In this document: piece by piece, positions 30,221 to 39,613 of the stretch | Layout: each line of letters opens with the position of its first letter | Numbering within the stretch: position 1 is the first letter of the stretch | From: Deltaproteobacteria bacterium | GTDB lineage: Bacteria > Desulfobacterota > Desulfuromonadia > Geobacterales > Geobacteraceae | Length of the DNA stretch: 64,000 nt | Assembly: GCA_021847245.1 (NCBI GenBank) | Contig: JAJZUC010000004.1 | Location: 10,478-74,477, forward strand | Direction of reading: 5' to 3' | Notes under the pieces: model-generated | Told to the model about the DNA's origin: nothing | Databases searched by the model: none | What the model saw: the letters and a program-made list of their open reading frames with translations, nothing else | Made by a program: the position numbers and the translations under genes

Positions 30221-31078
30221 ATGTTGTTAAGTAGCTTTTTGGTAGCAAAAGACTTAATAAGAAATAATAAATACAGAGTATTGTATGAACGGCTTGTTGG
30301 GAGTAAGCCAATGCTGAAAGGCGACTCTGTTCAATGTGCTTGTTGCGGATATTCCTTTGATAGTTTTTTTACGTATAAAGCCGAGCGCAAAGTTGCCTTG
30401 TACGCCAGCAATATTAAAATACAAAAACTTCTAAAGGTATTGCTGCCACATCTAAATAAACCAGTTTATAAACTTGAAAATGAAGTTTGCCCAGTTTGTT
30501 TCTCTTTAGGGCAACACAGACATCTGTTTTATTATATAAATGAGCTGTCTGCAGAATATACTTGCGAAGCCAGTGACGTCAAGTTGCTGCATTTTGCACC
30601 AGAACAATTTATGAAGGACTTTTTCTTGTCTAACAAAAATATTCACTACTATGATTGTGATTTATTCAGAAGAGACACTTTGTATATTGAAAATATAACT
30701 AAATTATCTTTTCAAGACAATTTTTTTGATATTATTATCTGCTCGCATGTTCTTGAACATATCATTGACGATATTACTGCAATGCGTGAACTGCTAAGGG
30801 TATTAAAACCAAATGGTGTTGCTTTTTTAATGGTACCATGCAATGTTGATAATACCATTGAAGACCCGCAGGTAAATACTGCGCAAAGGCGTCTCGCGGC
30901 CTATAAGCAAACCGATCATGTCAGAGAATACTCGTCTGATGATTTTATCAATCGTTTGAGTAAAGTTGGATTTACAGTAAATACTTCTTGTGTAGATAGA
31001 ATAAATACAAACATAGTTAATAAATTACGGTTACGTGATTCTATTTTTATTTGCAGAAAAAACGGTAGCAGGATTTAA
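30221..31078 (+). CDS. Class I SAM-dependent methyltransferase with N-terminal Cys pairs
   Basis: CACCG...CPVC, LLHFAPE, FDIIICSHVLEHI, RVLKPNG, QTDHVREY. Start uncertain (30158, 30221 or 30312). Confidence 0.8.
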   Translation: MLLSSFLVAKDLIRNNKYRVLYERLVGSKPMLKGDSVQCACCGYSFDSFFTYKAERKVALYASNIKIQKLLKVLLPHLNKPVYKLENEVCPVCFSLGQHRHLFYYINELSAEYTCEASDVKLLHFAPEQFMKDFFLSNKNIHYYDCDLFRRDTLYIENITKLSFQDNFFDIIICSHVLEHIIDDITAMRELLRVLKPNGVAFLMVPCNVDNTIEDPQVNTAQRRLAAYKQTDHVREYSSDDFINRLSKVGFTVNTSCVDRINTNIVNKLRLRDSIFICRKNGSRI

Positions 31079-31103
31079 ATAACAATCTTACGGTGCCAGG
31101 AAA

Positions 31104-31919
31104 ATGAAGAAATTATTTTTGAAAATAAGAAGAATAATAAAATTGTATAAAGAGTTAGATATGTTACAATTCCAAGTTGATATCTTGAAATCCAAAATCG
31201 ATACTGATAATGAGCTTCTAGATTTATTTGTATGCGATAGGAATACTCATGTATATAACTCAGTATATGAGAAGCATAAACCGTTGGTCACAATATGTAT
31301 AGGCACATATAACCGCGGAAGGTTATTGTTGGAAAGGTCGGTAGCGTCTGCATTGGCTCAATCCTATGAGAACATCGAAGTCATAGTTGTAGGCGATTGC
31401 TGCACTGATGATACGGAGAAACTAATTTCAACCATAAGAGACAATAGACTCAAATTCATCAATTTGCCTAAACGCGGAAATTACCCGGAAGAGCCTATTC
31501 ATCGCTGGCGTGTTGCAGGTACGGTGCCGTTCAATTATGCGCTCTCAATCGCTAAAGGAGATTTCATCACCCACTTGGATGATGATGATGAATTTGTTCC
31601 CGACAGGACGGAAAAACTTGTTGGATTTATTCAAGAGAGCAAGGCAGACCTAGTCTGGCATCCGTTTATGTATGAGTGCGCGGATGAGCGTTGGCGTTTG
31701 AACGAAGCTGCTGAGTTTGCGGTAAACAAAGTTACAACATCATCCATTTTTTATCATCGCTGGTTCGCTCAGATCCCTTGGGACATTAATGCTTATCGTC
31801 TGCATGAGCCTGGCGACTGGAATCGTCTGAGAAAGGTAAAATACCTTGGGGCGCGAGTTGCTCGATTCCCTGAGCCATTGTTGAAGCACTATCGAGAGCG
31901 TAGTCAGCGGAGCAAATAA
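31104..31919 (+). CDS. GT2 family glycosyltransferase
   Basis: PLVTICIGTYNR, QSYENIEVIVVGD, GDFITHLDDDD. Confidence 0.88.
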   Translation: MKKLFLKIRRIIKLYKELDMLQFQVDILKSKIDTDNELLDLFVCDRNTHVYNSVYEKHKPLVTICIGTYNRGRLLLERSVASALAQSYENIEVIVVGDCCTDDTEKLISTIRDNRLKFINLPKRGNYPEEPIHRWRVAGTVPFNYALSIAKGDFITHLDDDDEFVPDRTEKLVGFIQESKADLVWHPFMYECADERWRLNEAAEFAVNKVTTSSIFYHRWFAQIPWDINAYRLHEPGDWNRLRKVKYLGARVARFPEPLLKHYRERSQRSK

Positions 31920-33025
31920 TGGTACCATTCCTGCGTCCTAACTTGGTAACTAGCGATAAGTTGATTCCGTATCTAGAGCGCATCGATCACTCAAGGCTGT
32001 ACAGTAATTTTGGCCCACTGAACTGTCATTTCGAATCATTGGTTCTCGAAGGGTACTTCAAGGGTGTTGGCGCTTTGACTACGGTCAATAACGCCACAAC
32101 TGGTCTGATGCTTGCCATATCCCAGGTTAAACGGCCCTCCGGACGCTACGCGTTGATGCCTAGCTTCACTTTTGCCGCTACACCGCTGGCGGCAAAATGG
32201 TGCGGACTTGAGCCGTATTTTGTAGATATTGATCCTGAAAAATGGTGCATGGATACGGCCATGGTCACTTCATTGGTTGCGCAACTTGGTGATGACCTAG
32301 CTGTGGTTGTTCCCTATGCAACCTTTGGTTCATGTATTGATTTGGAATTCTACGTAAGATTGCATGAGCAGGGTATACCTGTGGTTGTTGATGCTGCGCC
32401 CTGTTTTGGCAGTGCCGGAGCGGCCGGGAATTTTGGCGACGGATTTCCCGGCTTGGTGGTGTTCAGCTTCCACGCTACAAAATCCTTTGGTATCGGCGAA
32501 GGAGGACTGGTTTACTCTGCAGATGTAGAATTGATTCAAGCGCTTCGCCAGTCTTCCAATTTTGGTTTCTCTGCCAATCGGACTTCATCAGTGCTTGGTC
32601 TAAATGCCAAAATGTCTGAATACTCTGCTGCTGTTGCTTTGGTCACCTTGGAGTGCTTTCCTGATAAGGTGAAAATACGGCAGAAAATTCACGACATGTA
32701 TGTGGAATTGCTTACTCAGGCCGGGCTACTGACGGGAGGCTGGTGTTTGCAATCACTGGATGGTTCGGTCGCGCATCAGTTTTTTCCCATACTTTGCGAT
32801 GAAAAGGAGAGAAACAGGGAAGTTGTTGAGCGTCTTTCCCGCCGAGGGATAGAGGCCAGAACATATTTCGCACCAGCGTGTCACCATCACGACCAGTTCA
32901 ATTCTTGCCCACGCACAACAATGGTTGTGACCGAGCGGATCGAGGGACGTATATTAAGCTTGCCGTTGTGGGAGGAAATGACTGATCGTGACATCAATCT
33001 CGTGGTTAGAGGATTGGTTGAGTGA
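31919..33025 (+). CDS. DegT/DnrJ family NDP-sugar aminotransferase (VioA-like)
   Basis: YSNFGPL, NNATTGL, PSFTFAAT, VDAA, FSFHATKSFGIGEGG, GLNAKMSE. Confidence 0.9.
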   Translation: MVPFLRPNLVTSDKLIPYLERIDHSRLYSNFGPLNCHFESLVLEGYFKGVGALTTVNNATTGLMLAISQVKRPSGRYALMPSFTFAATPLAAKWCGLEPYFVDIDPEKWCMDTAMVTSLVAQLGDDLAVVVPYATFGSCIDLEFYVRLHEQGIPVVVDAAPCFGSAGAAGNFGDGFPGLVVFSFHATKSFGIGEGGLVYSADVELIQALRQSSNFGFSANRTSSVLGLNAKMSEYSAAVALVTLECFPDKVKIRQKIHDMYVELLTQAGLLTGGWCLQSLDGSVAHQFFPILCDEKERNREVVERLSRRGIEARTYFAPACHHHDQFNSCPRTTMVVTERIEGRILSLPLWEEMTDRDINLVVRGLVE

Positions 33026-33657
33026 GATCGGTACTTATATGGGGCTGTGGCGGGCACGGTCGTGAGGTTAACTGGCTCTGCGAACAGGCTGGAATCGAGG
33101 TGGTTGGTTTTCTTGATGAGCGGCCGGAAATGCGGGGTGTTGTGATTGATGACGTACCGGTACTGGGGGACATCGTAGATGTGCTCAGTTTGCGTGGTAC
33201 GGTTGAGGTTGTCTGCGCCGGCGTTGGTAGTCCGAGTTTGAAAAAGAAGTTTTTTGAGAAAACCAGATCCGCATCCTTTACCATTGCCGAACCCATAGTG
33301 CACCCTGCAGTTACTGTGTCTAAGAGGAATCGTCTAGGGATAGGCTGTGTGGTATGCGAAGGCACTGTAATGACTGTGAACATTGACATTGGACATCATG
33401 TCGTAATTAATAGAATTGTCAATATTGGTCATGATTGCGTGATCGGTGACTTTTCAACTATTGCCCCAGGAGTAAATCTGAGCGGCAATGTTTACATTGG
33501 AGAAGGTGCATATATTGGGACCGGTGCTTCAATAAAGGAAAAAACGGTAGTCGGCGACTGGTCCATGGTTGGTGGTGGTGCATTTGTGCGACAAGATGTG
33601 CCTGCACGAACAATGTATGCCGGAGTGCCTGCACGTTTTGTTAAGCAGTGGAAATAA
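33022..33657 (+). CDS. NeuD/PglD/VioB family sugar acetyltransferase
   Basis: IWGCGGHGRE, VHP, IGHDC, hexapeptide repeats, GVPAR. Confidence 0.9.
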   Translation: MRSVLIWGCGGHGREVNWLCEQAGIEVVGFLDERPEMRGVVIDDVPVLGDIVDVLSLRGTVEVVCAGVGSPSLKKKFFEKTRSASFTIAEPIVHPAVTVSKRNRLGIGCVVCEGTVMTVNIDIGHHVVINRIVNIGHDCVIGDFSTIAPGVNLSGNVYIGEGAYIGTGASIKEKTVVGDWSMVGGGAFVRQDVPARTMYAGVPARFVKQWK

Positions 33658-33697
33658 CGATAGATTATAACTGTGACTTTGTCGGCTTGATTGACTA

Positions 33698-34786
33698 ATG
33701 AATCAACTCCTTATCATCGAACCCAACCTCCGCTCCCCCAGCGGCCACTACGCCGATTTTGTCCGGGCCGTCGGAGCCCGTTGCAGGGAAGCCAGCCTTG
33801 GCGTCTTCGCCCATCCCGCTGCAGACGGCATGCTGGAGGCCATGTTGGGGGTGCAGGTCTGTCGGGAGCAGCCGCGAGTCGGTGAACCGCTTGCCGAGTG
33901 GCGAACGATCCTTCGAGCAGTCCGCAAGAGATTGCCTTTCCTGGTTTTGACCGCCGATGGCCGCCATGCTGCGGCGGTTTCCATGGCGGCTGCCGGTGCC
34001 GGCTGCATACCGGACCGTGCACGACTCTTTTTCCACCGCCCACCCACCACGTTTCGCGATAAGTGTTTTCTGCCGCTTGCCGGTCCGGCCCGCAGGCATG
34101 CGCTTGCGATCACCTCGACTGAACCGGTTGCTGATGAGCTTCGCGCCAGTGGCTGGAGGCGAGTCGCCTGCGTCCCCTATCCGGCGCTCGCGCCGGCAGA
34201 ACCGCCGGTGCCGGTGCCGTTTTCGCACCTGCTCATGGCAGGGGCGGCGCGCATCAACAAGGGGCTGGACCTGGTTGCCGGACTCGCGTCGCAATGGGCG
34301 AGCGAAGGGCGTGCCGTTCCCCTGGTGGTGCAGGTGTCGCAGAAGCATGCAGACCGGCATGGTCATCGGGAGGGGGCAGTGGTGCAGGAGCTCCTCTCGT
34401 CGGGCTACCTGGGGCTGCGCGCCGATGAGTCGGCGCCGGACCGTGCCGAGTATCTGGCCCGTTTTCGAGGCGCGCTGGTGTTGGCTCCCTATGCCCGGGA
34501 ACAGTTTGCCAGCCAGGTGAGCGGCATCGTGCTCGATGCCCTGCTGCACGGATCGCCGGTCATTGCAACCCGTGGTACCTGGCCGGGGGCCCAGGTGGAG
34601 CGTTTCGGCGCCGGCGAGACGATTGCCGAGCGAACCCCTGCCGCCCTTGCTGCCGCTGTCGATCGGGTGCTGGCGGATTGGCCCTCTTACGCTGCTCGCG
34701 CCTGTGACGCAGCGCGCATTCTCGCCCGGGAGCACGATCCGCGGCGTCTGCTGGAAATTCTGCTGCAGGATGCGTTGCCCGCATGA
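33698..34786 (+). CDS. Divergent GT-B (GT4-like) glycosyltransferase
   Basis: EPNLRSPSGHY, GAARINKGLD, APYAREQFASQVSGIVLDALLHGSPVI. Confidence 0.72.
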   Translation: MNQLLIIEPNLRSPSGHYADFVRAVGARCREASLGVFAHPAADGMLEAMLGVQVCREQPRVGEPLAEWRTILRAVRKRLPFLVLTADGRHAAAVSMAAAGAGCIPDRARLFFHRPPTTFRDKCFLPLAGPARRHALAITSTEPVADELRASGWRRVACVPYPALAPAEPPVPVPFSHLLMAGAARINKGLDLVAGLASQWASEGRAVPLVVQVSQKHADRHGHREGAVVQELLSSGYLGLRADESAPDRAEYLARFRGALVLAPYAREQFASQVSGIVLDALLHGSPVIATRGTWPGAQVERFGAGETIAERTPAALAAAVDRVLADWPSYAARACDAARILAREHDPRRLLEILLQDALPA

Positions 34787-35778
34787 GAATCCTGCTCATC
34801 AAGCCCGGCGCCATTGGCGACCTGCTGCAGCTGTCGCCGGTAATCCGGGCGCTCAGGGCACGGATACCGCAGGCGCGGATCTCCCTGTTGGTCGGCAGCG
34901 CCGCCTCGGTCGATCTGTTCCGACATAACCCCCTGGTGGACGAGGTCTTGATTTTCGACAAGCGGGGCGCCCACAGTTCGTGGCGGGCGTTCGCCCGGTT
35001 GTGGGGGGAACTGCGGCAGCGGCGCTTCGATCTGGTGGTCAATTTCCAGCGGAGCAATATGAAGGCATGGCTGCTCGCAGCCGCTGCCTTTCCTTGTCGG
35101 GTGCTGGTGTACCATCGGGCCAAGGGGCGTGTTGTCCATGCCGTGGAAAACCACCTGGAGGCGGTGGCGCCGCTGGGAATCGACCCGCGAACCGCAGATC
35201 GCCGGCTGGAGCTTCCGCTTGGGCCTGACGACGTGCGTTGGGCTAAGGAGATGATCGCGCGCGAAAAGCTGGGTAACCGGCAACTGGTGGCCTTGAACCT
35301 CGGCGCCAGTCACCCGGTGAACCGCTGGCCGGTCGAACATTTTGCCGCCCTGGCCGGGAGGCTGTCGCAGGAGCTTGATGCTGTCGTGCTGCTGGTGGGG
35401 GGCGGAGCGGACCGGGAGCTGGCTGACGCCGTACTGAGCCGGATATCTTCGCCGGTAGTGGATCTGGTGGGGCATACTTCGCTGCTGCAGCTGGGGGCGA
35501 TGCTGCGACGCTGCTCGGTCGTGGTGAGCGGTGATACCGGTCCGATGCACCTGGCAACGGCAGTCGGCACCCCGGTCGTTGCCCTTTTTGGGGCTGCCGA
35601 CCCGGACCGGACCGGACCGGTGGGAGAGGGACACCTGGTGCTGCAAGCCCGGCAGGTGCCGTGTGTCCCCTGTCGCAGCCGCAGCTGCACTCGCACTCCT
35701 CACCTGCAGTGCATGGAGGAGATCAGTGTGGAGCAGGTTTTTGCCGCGGTCGCCGCGAAGTTGTCGACGCACGGCTGA
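34783..35778 (+). CDS. GT9 family heptosyltransferase
   Basis: GAIGDLL and SGDTGPMHLATAVGTPVVALFG; C-terminal four-Cys cluster. Confidence 0.88.
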   Translation: MRILLIKPGAIGDLLQLSPVIRALRARIPQARISLLVGSAASVDLFRHNPLVDEVLIFDKRGAHSSWRAFARLWGELRQRRFDLVVNFQRSNMKAWLLAAAAFPCRVLVYHRAKGRVVHAVENHLEAVAPLGIDPRTADRRLELPLGPDDVRWAKEMIAREKLGNRQLVALNLGASHPVNRWPVEHFAALAGRLSQELDAVVLLVGGGADRELADAVLSRISSPVVDLVGHTSLLQLGAMLRRCSVVVSGDTGPMHLATAVGTPVVALFGAADPDRTGPVGEGHLVLQARQVPCVPCRSRSCTRTPHLQCMEEISVEQVFAAVAAKLSTHG

Positions 35779-35803
35779 TTGATCTTACGGCGGAATTTGA
35801 ACC

Positions 35804-37462
35804 ATGAAAAGTGACGCTGCTCTTTCAGAAAATCAAATTTCCTGGCCCTTGACGGTCATAGTCTCCCTCTGCTGGATGCTCCCGGGACTGTTCGGCCATG
35901 ATCCGTGGAAAGCCGATGAGCCTTACAGCTTCAGCATGGTGCGCCATATCCTTGCCACGCACGACTGGGTGGTTCCGACGGTGGCCGGCGTTCCGTTCAT
36001 GGAAAAGCCCCCCCTGTTCTATCTAACTGCGGCCATCTTCACGAAGCTTTTTTCTTTCGCCCTGGCACCCCACGACGCAGCGCGCATTGCGTGCGCTTTC
36101 TACATGGGCATTACGTTTGCCTTTGCCGCTCTGACAGCCAGGGAGCTGTACGGCACGGGACGGGGCAGGGTCTCGATTTTACTCCTCCTGAGCTGTGTGG
36201 GGCTTCAGAGCCATGCCCACAAGCTGTTGACCGACATTGCCCTGCTATCCGGCTTTGCAGTTGCCCTCTACGGATTCGTCCTCAGTCGGCGGCGTCCCGC
36301 TCTCGGTGGTCTTTGGGCCGGTACGGGGATCGGGATCGGTTTTCTTTCCAAGGGGCTGCTGGCTCCGGGCATCCTGGGTATCATCGCGTTGATTCTTCCG
36401 CTCGTGTCCAGGGAGTGGCGCCGGCGGGATTATGCCGTTACGCTCGTCCTGATTTGTGCCGCGGCGCTTCCCTGGATTATGATCTGGCCCTTCTCTCTGT
36501 ATCGCACGGCACCCCGGCTGTTCAGCGAATGGCTCTGGGTCCAGAATTTCGGGCGTTTCCTGGGAACCTCCAAGCAGGGTCCACCCAACAAGCCGGCATT
36601 CTATTTTTACACCCTCCCGTGGTTTGCCTGGCCCGCCTTGCCTTTGGCAGGGTGGGCCATCTGGAAGGAGTGGCGCGATCGTGCCGGAGCTCTTCGCCGC
36701 AGCGTTCCCGCCGTCGCTCTGGTTGTGATGTTCGTGATTTTCTCGGTTGCATCCGACGGACGAAGTCTTTACACGCTACCGATGCTTGTCCCTGTGGTTC
36801 TTCTGGCCGTGCCGGCCTTCGACGGGAATTTCCACCGTGCCTCCCGGATTATTGATAGATCAGGGGCGCTTCTGTTTGCGATAACGGCACTTGTTCTGTG
36901 GCTCGGGTGGATTGCCCTCATTTCCGGCCATCCCGCAGGGGTCGCGGCAAAGCTTCGCGCGATATCTCCGGCGTATGTTCCCTCTTTTGCGGTACTTCCT
37001 TTTGTCGTAGCCTTGGTTTACACGGTCGGCTGGGGAGTCATTGCGCTCCGTGCGCCGGCATCATGGAACAATTCGCTCCTCAGGTGGGCTGCGGGTATGA
37101 CCATGATCTGGGGGCTCTGCATGAGCCTCTGGCTCCCCTGGACGGATGCCATGAGAAGCTACCGCTCGATGGTGGCGTCCCTTCAGGCGCATCTTCCCCA
37201 AACCCGGCCGTGCATTGCCAGTATCGCCATCGGCGAGTCGGAACGGGCCATGCTGGAATATTTTGCCGGCATCCAAACGCGCATGGTCGATAGCATTGCC
37301 GATGTCCCGTGTGGCTACCTGCTCATGGGGGGAAGGCGAGGGACCTTGAAGGATAACATAGGGTCGGACTGGACGCTGGTATGGCGTGGCGGCCGGCCGG
37401 GGAACAGAAAAGAAGAATTCATGCTTTTCCGGGCCGTAAATCGCCCGCAATCGCCCAATTGA
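35804..37462 (+). CDS. ArnT/PMT-like polyprenyl-phosphate-sugar glycosyltransferase (GT-C)
   Basis: WKADEPYS, DWVVPT, FMEKPPLFY, GFLSKG and many TM helices. Confidence 0.88.
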   Translation: MKSDAALSENQISWPLTVIVSLCWMLPGLFGHDPWKADEPYSFSMVRHILATHDWVVPTVAGVPFMEKPPLFYLTAAIFTKLFSFALAPHDAARIACAFYMGITFAFAALTARELYGTGRGRVSILLLLSCVGLQSHAHKLLTDIALLSGFAVALYGFVLSRRRPALGGLWAGTGIGIGFLSKGLLAPGILGIIALILPLVSREWRRRDYAVTLVLICAAALPWIMIWPFSLYRTAPRLFSEWLWVQNFGRFLGTSKQGPPNKPAFYFYTLPWFAWPALPLAGWAIWKEWRDRAGALRRSVPAVALVVMFVIFSVASDGRSLYTLPMLVPVVLLAVPAFDGNFHRASRIIDRSGALLFAITALVLWLGWIALISGHPAGVAAKLRAISPAYVPSFAVLPFVVALVYTVGWGVIALRAPASWNNSLLRWAAGMTMIWGLCMSLWLPWTDAMRSYRSMVASLQAHLPQTRPCIASIAIGESERAMLEYFAGIQTRMVDSIADVPCGYLLMGGRRGTLKDNIGSDWTLVWRGGRPGNRKEEFMLFRAVNRPQSPN

Positions 37463-37480
37463 GGTTTGAAGACAACAGGC

Positions 37481-38548
37481 ATGGCTATTCGAGTCCTTAT
37501 CGTCAAAGTTTCCGCCCTCGGCGACGTCATTCACGCCCTGCCGGTGCTCGACTATCTCCGTCAGGCGGTGCCGGGTGCCGAGATCGACTGGGTGGTGGAA
37601 GAAGGGAACCGGCAGATCCTTGACGGGCACCCGCTGCTGCGGAAGGTCCATGTCGTTCGGACTAGGGCGTGGCGACGGCATCCCTTCTCCGCGGAGACCC
37701 GGCGGGAGGTAATGGCCCTCCGGGAGGCGTTTCGCGAGGCATCCTACGATATTGCCTTCGATATCCAGGGTAACTTCAAGAGCGGCCTCATCACCTGGCT
37801 GTCGGGGGCCCGGCGCCGCTACGGCTTTGACCGGGAGGGGGTGAGGGAGTCGCTGAATCTCCTCTTCACCACCAACCAGGTTCCGCTCCGCCGCCAGGAT
37901 AATCACGTGAGCTGCCGCTCCCTGCGGGTCGCGAGTGTTCCCTTCGGCAAGGACTACGGGGGGATGACCATCGCCTCCGACATCTACACGTCCCCCGAAG
38001 ATGACGCGGCGGCCGAGGTCCTCCTGGCAACCCTGTCCGACGGCTTCGCCATCCTTTTCCATAACGGCACCACCTGGGCGACCAAACTCTGGCACGAAGA
38101 GGGGTGGAGCGAACTGGGCCGGCGCACTCTCGAACGGTTCCCCGATGCCACGATTCTCCTCTCATGGGGAAACGAAGGCGAGCGGACCGCCGCGGAGGCG
38201 ATCGCGCGCGGTATCGGCCGGAACGTGCGGGTGCTGCCGAAACTTACCCTCAAGGGGTTCTGCGCCCTCCTCAAGAAGGTGGACCTCGTCGTGGGGGGGG
38301 ACACGGGACCGATACACATGGCTGCGGTGGTCGGCACCCCGACCGTATCCTTTTACCGGGCCACCGACGGGCGGCGCAATGCGCCCCGGGGAGAGCAGCA
38401 CGTCATGATTCAGTCTCCCCTCAACTGTCATGCCTGTCTTCGCAAGGAGTGCCCCCGCGACGCCGAATGCCGCCGGAGCATCACGGTGGATCTCCTGCTG
38501 GCCGGAATCGTAAGGCTCCTCTCATCCTCCTTCCCATCGACGGGGTGA
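37481..38548 (+). CDS. waaC: LPS heptosyltransferase I
   Basis: LIVKVSALGDVIHALP, IDWVVEE, DIQGNFKSG, TTWATKLW, GDTGPIHMAA. Confidence 0.9.
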   Translation: MAIRVLIVKVSALGDVIHALPVLDYLRQAVPGAEIDWVVEEGNRQILDGHPLLRKVHVVRTRAWRRHPFSAETRREVMALREAFREASYDIAFDIQGNFKSGLITWLSGARRRYGFDREGVRESLNLLFTTNQVPLRRQDNHVSCRSLRVASVPFGKDYGGMTIASDIYTSPEDDAAAEVLLATLSDGFAILFHNGTTWATKLWHEEGWSELGRRTLERFPDATILLSWGNEGERTAAEAIARGIGRNVRVLPKLTLKGFCALLKKVDLVVGGDTGPIHMAAVVGTPTVSFYRATDGRRNAPRGEQHVMIQSPLNCHACLRKECPRDAECRRSITVDLLLAGIVRLLSSSFPSTG

Positions 38549-38559
38549 TGTGATACACT
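38531..38559 (+). promoter_or_regulatory. Possible extended -10 promoter for the epimerase genes
   Basis: TTCCCA, 17-nt spacer ending TGA, then TACACT (38554-38559). Confidence 0.35.
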
Positions 38560-38596
38560 GCACACTTTCTTTTGCCGTGCCACTTCCCGGAGGGAC

Positions 38597-39613
38597 ATGT
38601 CCACCATGCGCACCGTACTTGTGACCGGAGCAGCCGGCTTCATCGGCTTTCACCTTGCCACCAGGCTCCTGCAGCAGGGAGACCGGGTGGTCGGTCTCGA
38701 TAACCTCAACGACTACTATGACGTGAATCTCAAGCTCGACCGGCTCAAGCTCCTGGAAAGGGACGAAAGGTTCCGTTTCGTGAAGGGAGACCTGGCCGAC
38801 CGGGAGGCGATCGAGCAGCTTTTCGCCACCGAGCGGTTTGATGTGGTCGTGAACCTCGCCGCCCAGGCGGGGGTCCGTTATTCCATCACTAATCCCCACG
38901 CCTACGTGGAGAGCAACCTGGTCGGGTTCGTGAATATCCTCGAAGGGTGCCGCCACCATGGTGTCAAGCACCTCGTCTACGCTTCATCCAGTTCCGTTTA
39001 CGGCGCCAATACCACGATGCCCTTTTCGGTCCACCACAACGTGGATCACCCAGTCTCCCTCTACGCCGCCACCAAGAAGGCCAACGAGCTCATGGCCCAC
39101 ACCTATTCGAGCCTCTACGGGCTGCCGACGACGGGGCTGCGGTTCTTCACCGTCTATGGCCCCTGGGGGCGTCCCGACATGGCGCTTTTTCTCTTCACCC
39201 GCGCCATTCTGGATGGCCGGCCGATCGATGTCTACAACCACGGCAAAATGCAGCGTGACTTTACCTACATCGACGACATCATCGACGGGGTGACGCGGGT
39301 CATGGGTCGCATTCCCGCGCCAGATGCCGCCTGGAGCGGCTCCAGCCCCGATCCGGGGACGAGCTACGCGCCGTACCGCATCTACAACATCGGCAACAAC
39401 AGCCCGGTGGAACTCATGACCTTCATCGAAACCATCGAACGCTGTCTCGGCATGACGGCGCGAAAGAACCTCCTTCCGATCCAGCCGGGGGATGTCCCGG
39501 CCACCTGTGCCGACGTGGACGACCTGATGCGGGACGTCGGCTTCAGGCCGGCCACCTCCATCGAGGAGGGGATCGGCAGGTTCGTGGCCTGGTATCGGGA
39601 GTATTACAAATGA
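38597..39613 (+). CDS. NAD-dependent epimerase, UDP-glucuronate 4-epimerase family
   Basis: [50 protein letters not shown]. Confidence 0.9.
   Translation: MSTMRTVLVTGAAGFIGFHLATRLLQQGDRVVGLDNLNDYYDVNLKLDRLKLLERDERFRFVKGDLADREAIEQLFATERFDVVVNLAAQAGVRYSITNPHAYVESNLVGFVNILEGCRHHGVKHLVYASSSSVYGANTTMPFSVHHNVDHPVSLYAATKKANELMAHTYSSLYGLPTTGLRFFTVYGPWGRPDMALFLFTRAILDGRPIDVYNHGKMQRDFTYIDDIIDGVTRVMGRIPAPDAAWSGSSPDPGTSYAPYRIYNIGNNSPVELMTFIETIERCLGMTARKNLLPIQPGDVPATCADVDDLMRDVGFRPATSIEEGIGRFVAWYREYYK

Larger units (their letters stand above)
30090..33697. other. AT-rich, probably horizontally acquired four-gene sugar-modification cassette
   Basis: Hand counts: 18/60 G+C at 30721-30780 versus 40/60 at 33841-33900. 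Composition returns abruptly to high GC at about 33700. Confidence 0.85.

Noticed and set aside
30035-33697. Low-GC cassette as an IS, prophage or integron element
   Set aside because: No transposase, integrase, terminal inverted repeats, attC-like sites or adjacent tRNA were seen.
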